Assembly: GCF_902500255.1 (NCBI RefSeq) | Contig: NC_047118.1 | Coordinates: 75,533,565-75,597,564, forward strand | Direction of reading: 5' to 3' | Source of the DNA: Thalassophryne amazonica | Lineage: Eukaryota | Length of the DNA stretch: 64,000 nt | Notes under the pieces: model-generated | What the model saw: the letters and a program-made list of their open reading frames with translations, nothing else | Databases searched by the model: none | What the model was told of the DNA's origin: nothing | Program-made: the position numbers and the translations under genes | Part shown: piece after piece, positions 62,441-64,000 of the stretch | Position numbering within the stretch: the first letter of the stretch is position 1 | Layout: each line of letters opens with the position of its first letter

Positions 62441-63239
62441 TATGTTGTCAGCACTTGCAAAACCTGCAATAAATTTCCAAGCATGCCGTTAAAGTGTTAA
62501 GGCTCGGACATTGGATTTATTGATGCTTCTTAAGGTGTAAAAGTTAAAGTTTATTGGGTGTATAACATCAAAAAGTGCTCTAAAAGGTTAGTCTGGTTTT
62601 TAATGAAATTAACGCATCCTGGGGACTCGCTGTATGAGTCACTAAATTCAAAGTCTAGCAACATTCCAAGAGCCCTGATCCATAAGAGGAGAGCTGCCGT
62701 TAACGGGCGTGGCCGGCTCGTATCCTGGTTCCAGAGAAGGCTATTCGACCGGGGTGCGAGGTCAGCGGGGTGGACGTCCGGATGGAGGCAGTGAGCGGCT
62801 AGACAAATCTGCTCGCCACCAGCTTGAACAGCCTTTGTGCAGCCCTGCCGGGTAATACCCGTGGAGACACGAAGGTCGGACCCCAGAGACGGAGAGCTGG
62901 TTTTAGTACACAAACACACTCATCGGAGGGTGAGCGTGTGCCGCGTGTATCTAAAAAAAAATAATAACGGGATCTGACACGTGCCGCCCGAACAGGGACC
63001 TGACGAGGTGTAGTCGGGTCCGAGGAAGAATCCTGGCCAAAGGAGAGTCTTTGCCATTGGATAGGTGGAAAGCCCCTGAGTGGATCACCAAAGGAGACAG
63101 TGTTGTGGAGAGTGTCGGCTGATGGCCTGTATAGGTCCAGTAACGGCTTGAAACATATCTGTTTTCCAGAGGTGTGAAAGTTTGGAGGCGACCACCAGAA
63201 GGACGAAGTAAAGACAACAGGAGCAAGTATCCCAGGGAG

Positions 63240-63410
63240 CTGGGATCAAGGACGAGAAGCAGACGTGTCACTGCTGGATCGTCTGAACTGGGACGAGAAG
63301 CAGACGTGTCACTGCTGGATCGTCTGGACTGGGACGAGAAGCAGACGGGGATAGCCTGCTGGATCGTCACGAAACGACGAGGAAGGGAAGCAGGCGAGGG
63401 AGCCTGCTGG
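63240..63410 (+). repeat. Three tandem units of about 40 bp (gggacgagaagcagacgtgtcactgctggatcgtctgaact)
   Basis: Direct repeats at 63243, 63287 and 63329 (partial fourth). Possibly part of an LTR or 5' leader of the element that starts coding at 63763. Confidence 0.6.
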
Positions 63411-63762
63411 ATCGGATCGTCAAGAGAGCAGGTATGAGAGTATACCGTGCAAAATGGTGATCTACAAGAGAGAATAGGATCATCAACCCGTGAGGTTCCT
63501 GAGGGGAGAAGCGGGAAAAGGAGCAGCTGATTTGGAGTTAACCTCTGGAATTAGCGCTGAATAGCCAAGTAGTCTGTCACTCATCCCTGACTCAAGGCGC
63601 CAAGAGAGGCTTTGAGAGGCAGACGACTCGAGACGACAAGGACCATAGCTGAAGTCAAGGAGACGACAGTGGTGGAATCGACAATCTCAGCAACCGAGAG
63701 AATAAAGGGAGGATAATCATTACGAAACAGTAAGGTTAGTGTTAAAAACAAGCAGTGAAAAT

Positions 63763-64000
63763 ATGGCTGAAGAAGAGTCAGGACCCGTAGCAACCCCTGA
63801 ATCCGAACATGACGAGGAAAAAGAAGTGAATATTCAGCCACACAGAGTGGTATTGTATGGACGAGGATTTGATTCTTGGGCAGAAACAGTTCAAAAATAT
63901 GTCAGAGATCAAAGTGTAGAAACTGATGAAGAAAGTTTCAAAGAAGCTATGGTAGGAACTATACACACATTAGGGATATATTATCCAGGTCAGCATAAAG
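63763..64000 (+). mobile_element. Start of an open reading frame (MAEEESGPVATPESEHDEEKEVNIQPHRVVLYGRGFDSWAETVQKYVRDQSVETDEESFKEAMVGTIHTLGIYYPGQHK…) running off the window; plausibly a retroelement gag
   Basis: ATG at 63763 and open to the window end in frame. An acidic N-terminus with upstream tandem repeats is typical of an LTR-retrotransposon 5' region. No domain is recognisable in the visible 79 codons. Confidence 0.3.

Overview
This window is vertebrate nuclear DNA, almost certainly from a teleost fish, not a prokaryotic locus. The evidence is multi-exon genes with GT/AG introns, Tc1/mariner, hAT-like and Harbinger-like DNA transposons, LINE 3' tails, SINE-like tails, microsatellites and a satellite array. 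I find no operons, CRISPR arrays, tRNA or rRNA genes, so no bacterial-type system can be supported.

Two host genes are visible, both on the minus strand. (1) A complete major vault protein gene (MVP) reconstructed by hand as 16 coding exons from 37624 down to 19801. The pieces join in frame across canonical splice sites into about 871 codons that can be aligned along the whole vertebrate MVP protein. Its first coding exon begins with an acceptor site directly in front of the ATG, so an untranslated leader exon and the promoter lie further upstream. (2) The 3' part of a Caskin-like gene. It has the end of a SAM domain (GHQKKLML...), a 1662-bp proline- and serine-rich exon, and two C-terminal exons ending in the conserved tail ...[22 protein letters not shown]. 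Its upstream exons are not resolved.

Everything else is repeat-derived. There are two Tc1 families (A, with about 230-bp inverted ends and three copies; B, with four fragments). A degraded LTR-retrotransposon pol is interrupted by both a Tc1-A and a TA-flanked MITE. A Harbinger-like MITE with a TTA duplication sits inside a SINE-like tail whose uninterrupted paralog is at 14.7 kb. There is a roughly 139-bp satellite with a foldback insertion, a 1.15-kb palindrome in an MVP intron, and a hAT-like element with an 8-bp duplication.

The most interesting observation is a pair of inverted 1.27-kb TIR elements at 2554-3823 and 15423-16681. Their 8-bp flanks are swapped: CCATAGAC-[E]-GCTTAAGC and GTCTATGG-[E]-GCTTAAGC. 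That is the pattern expected if two independently inserted, duplication-flanked copies recombined and inverted the 11.6 kb between them.
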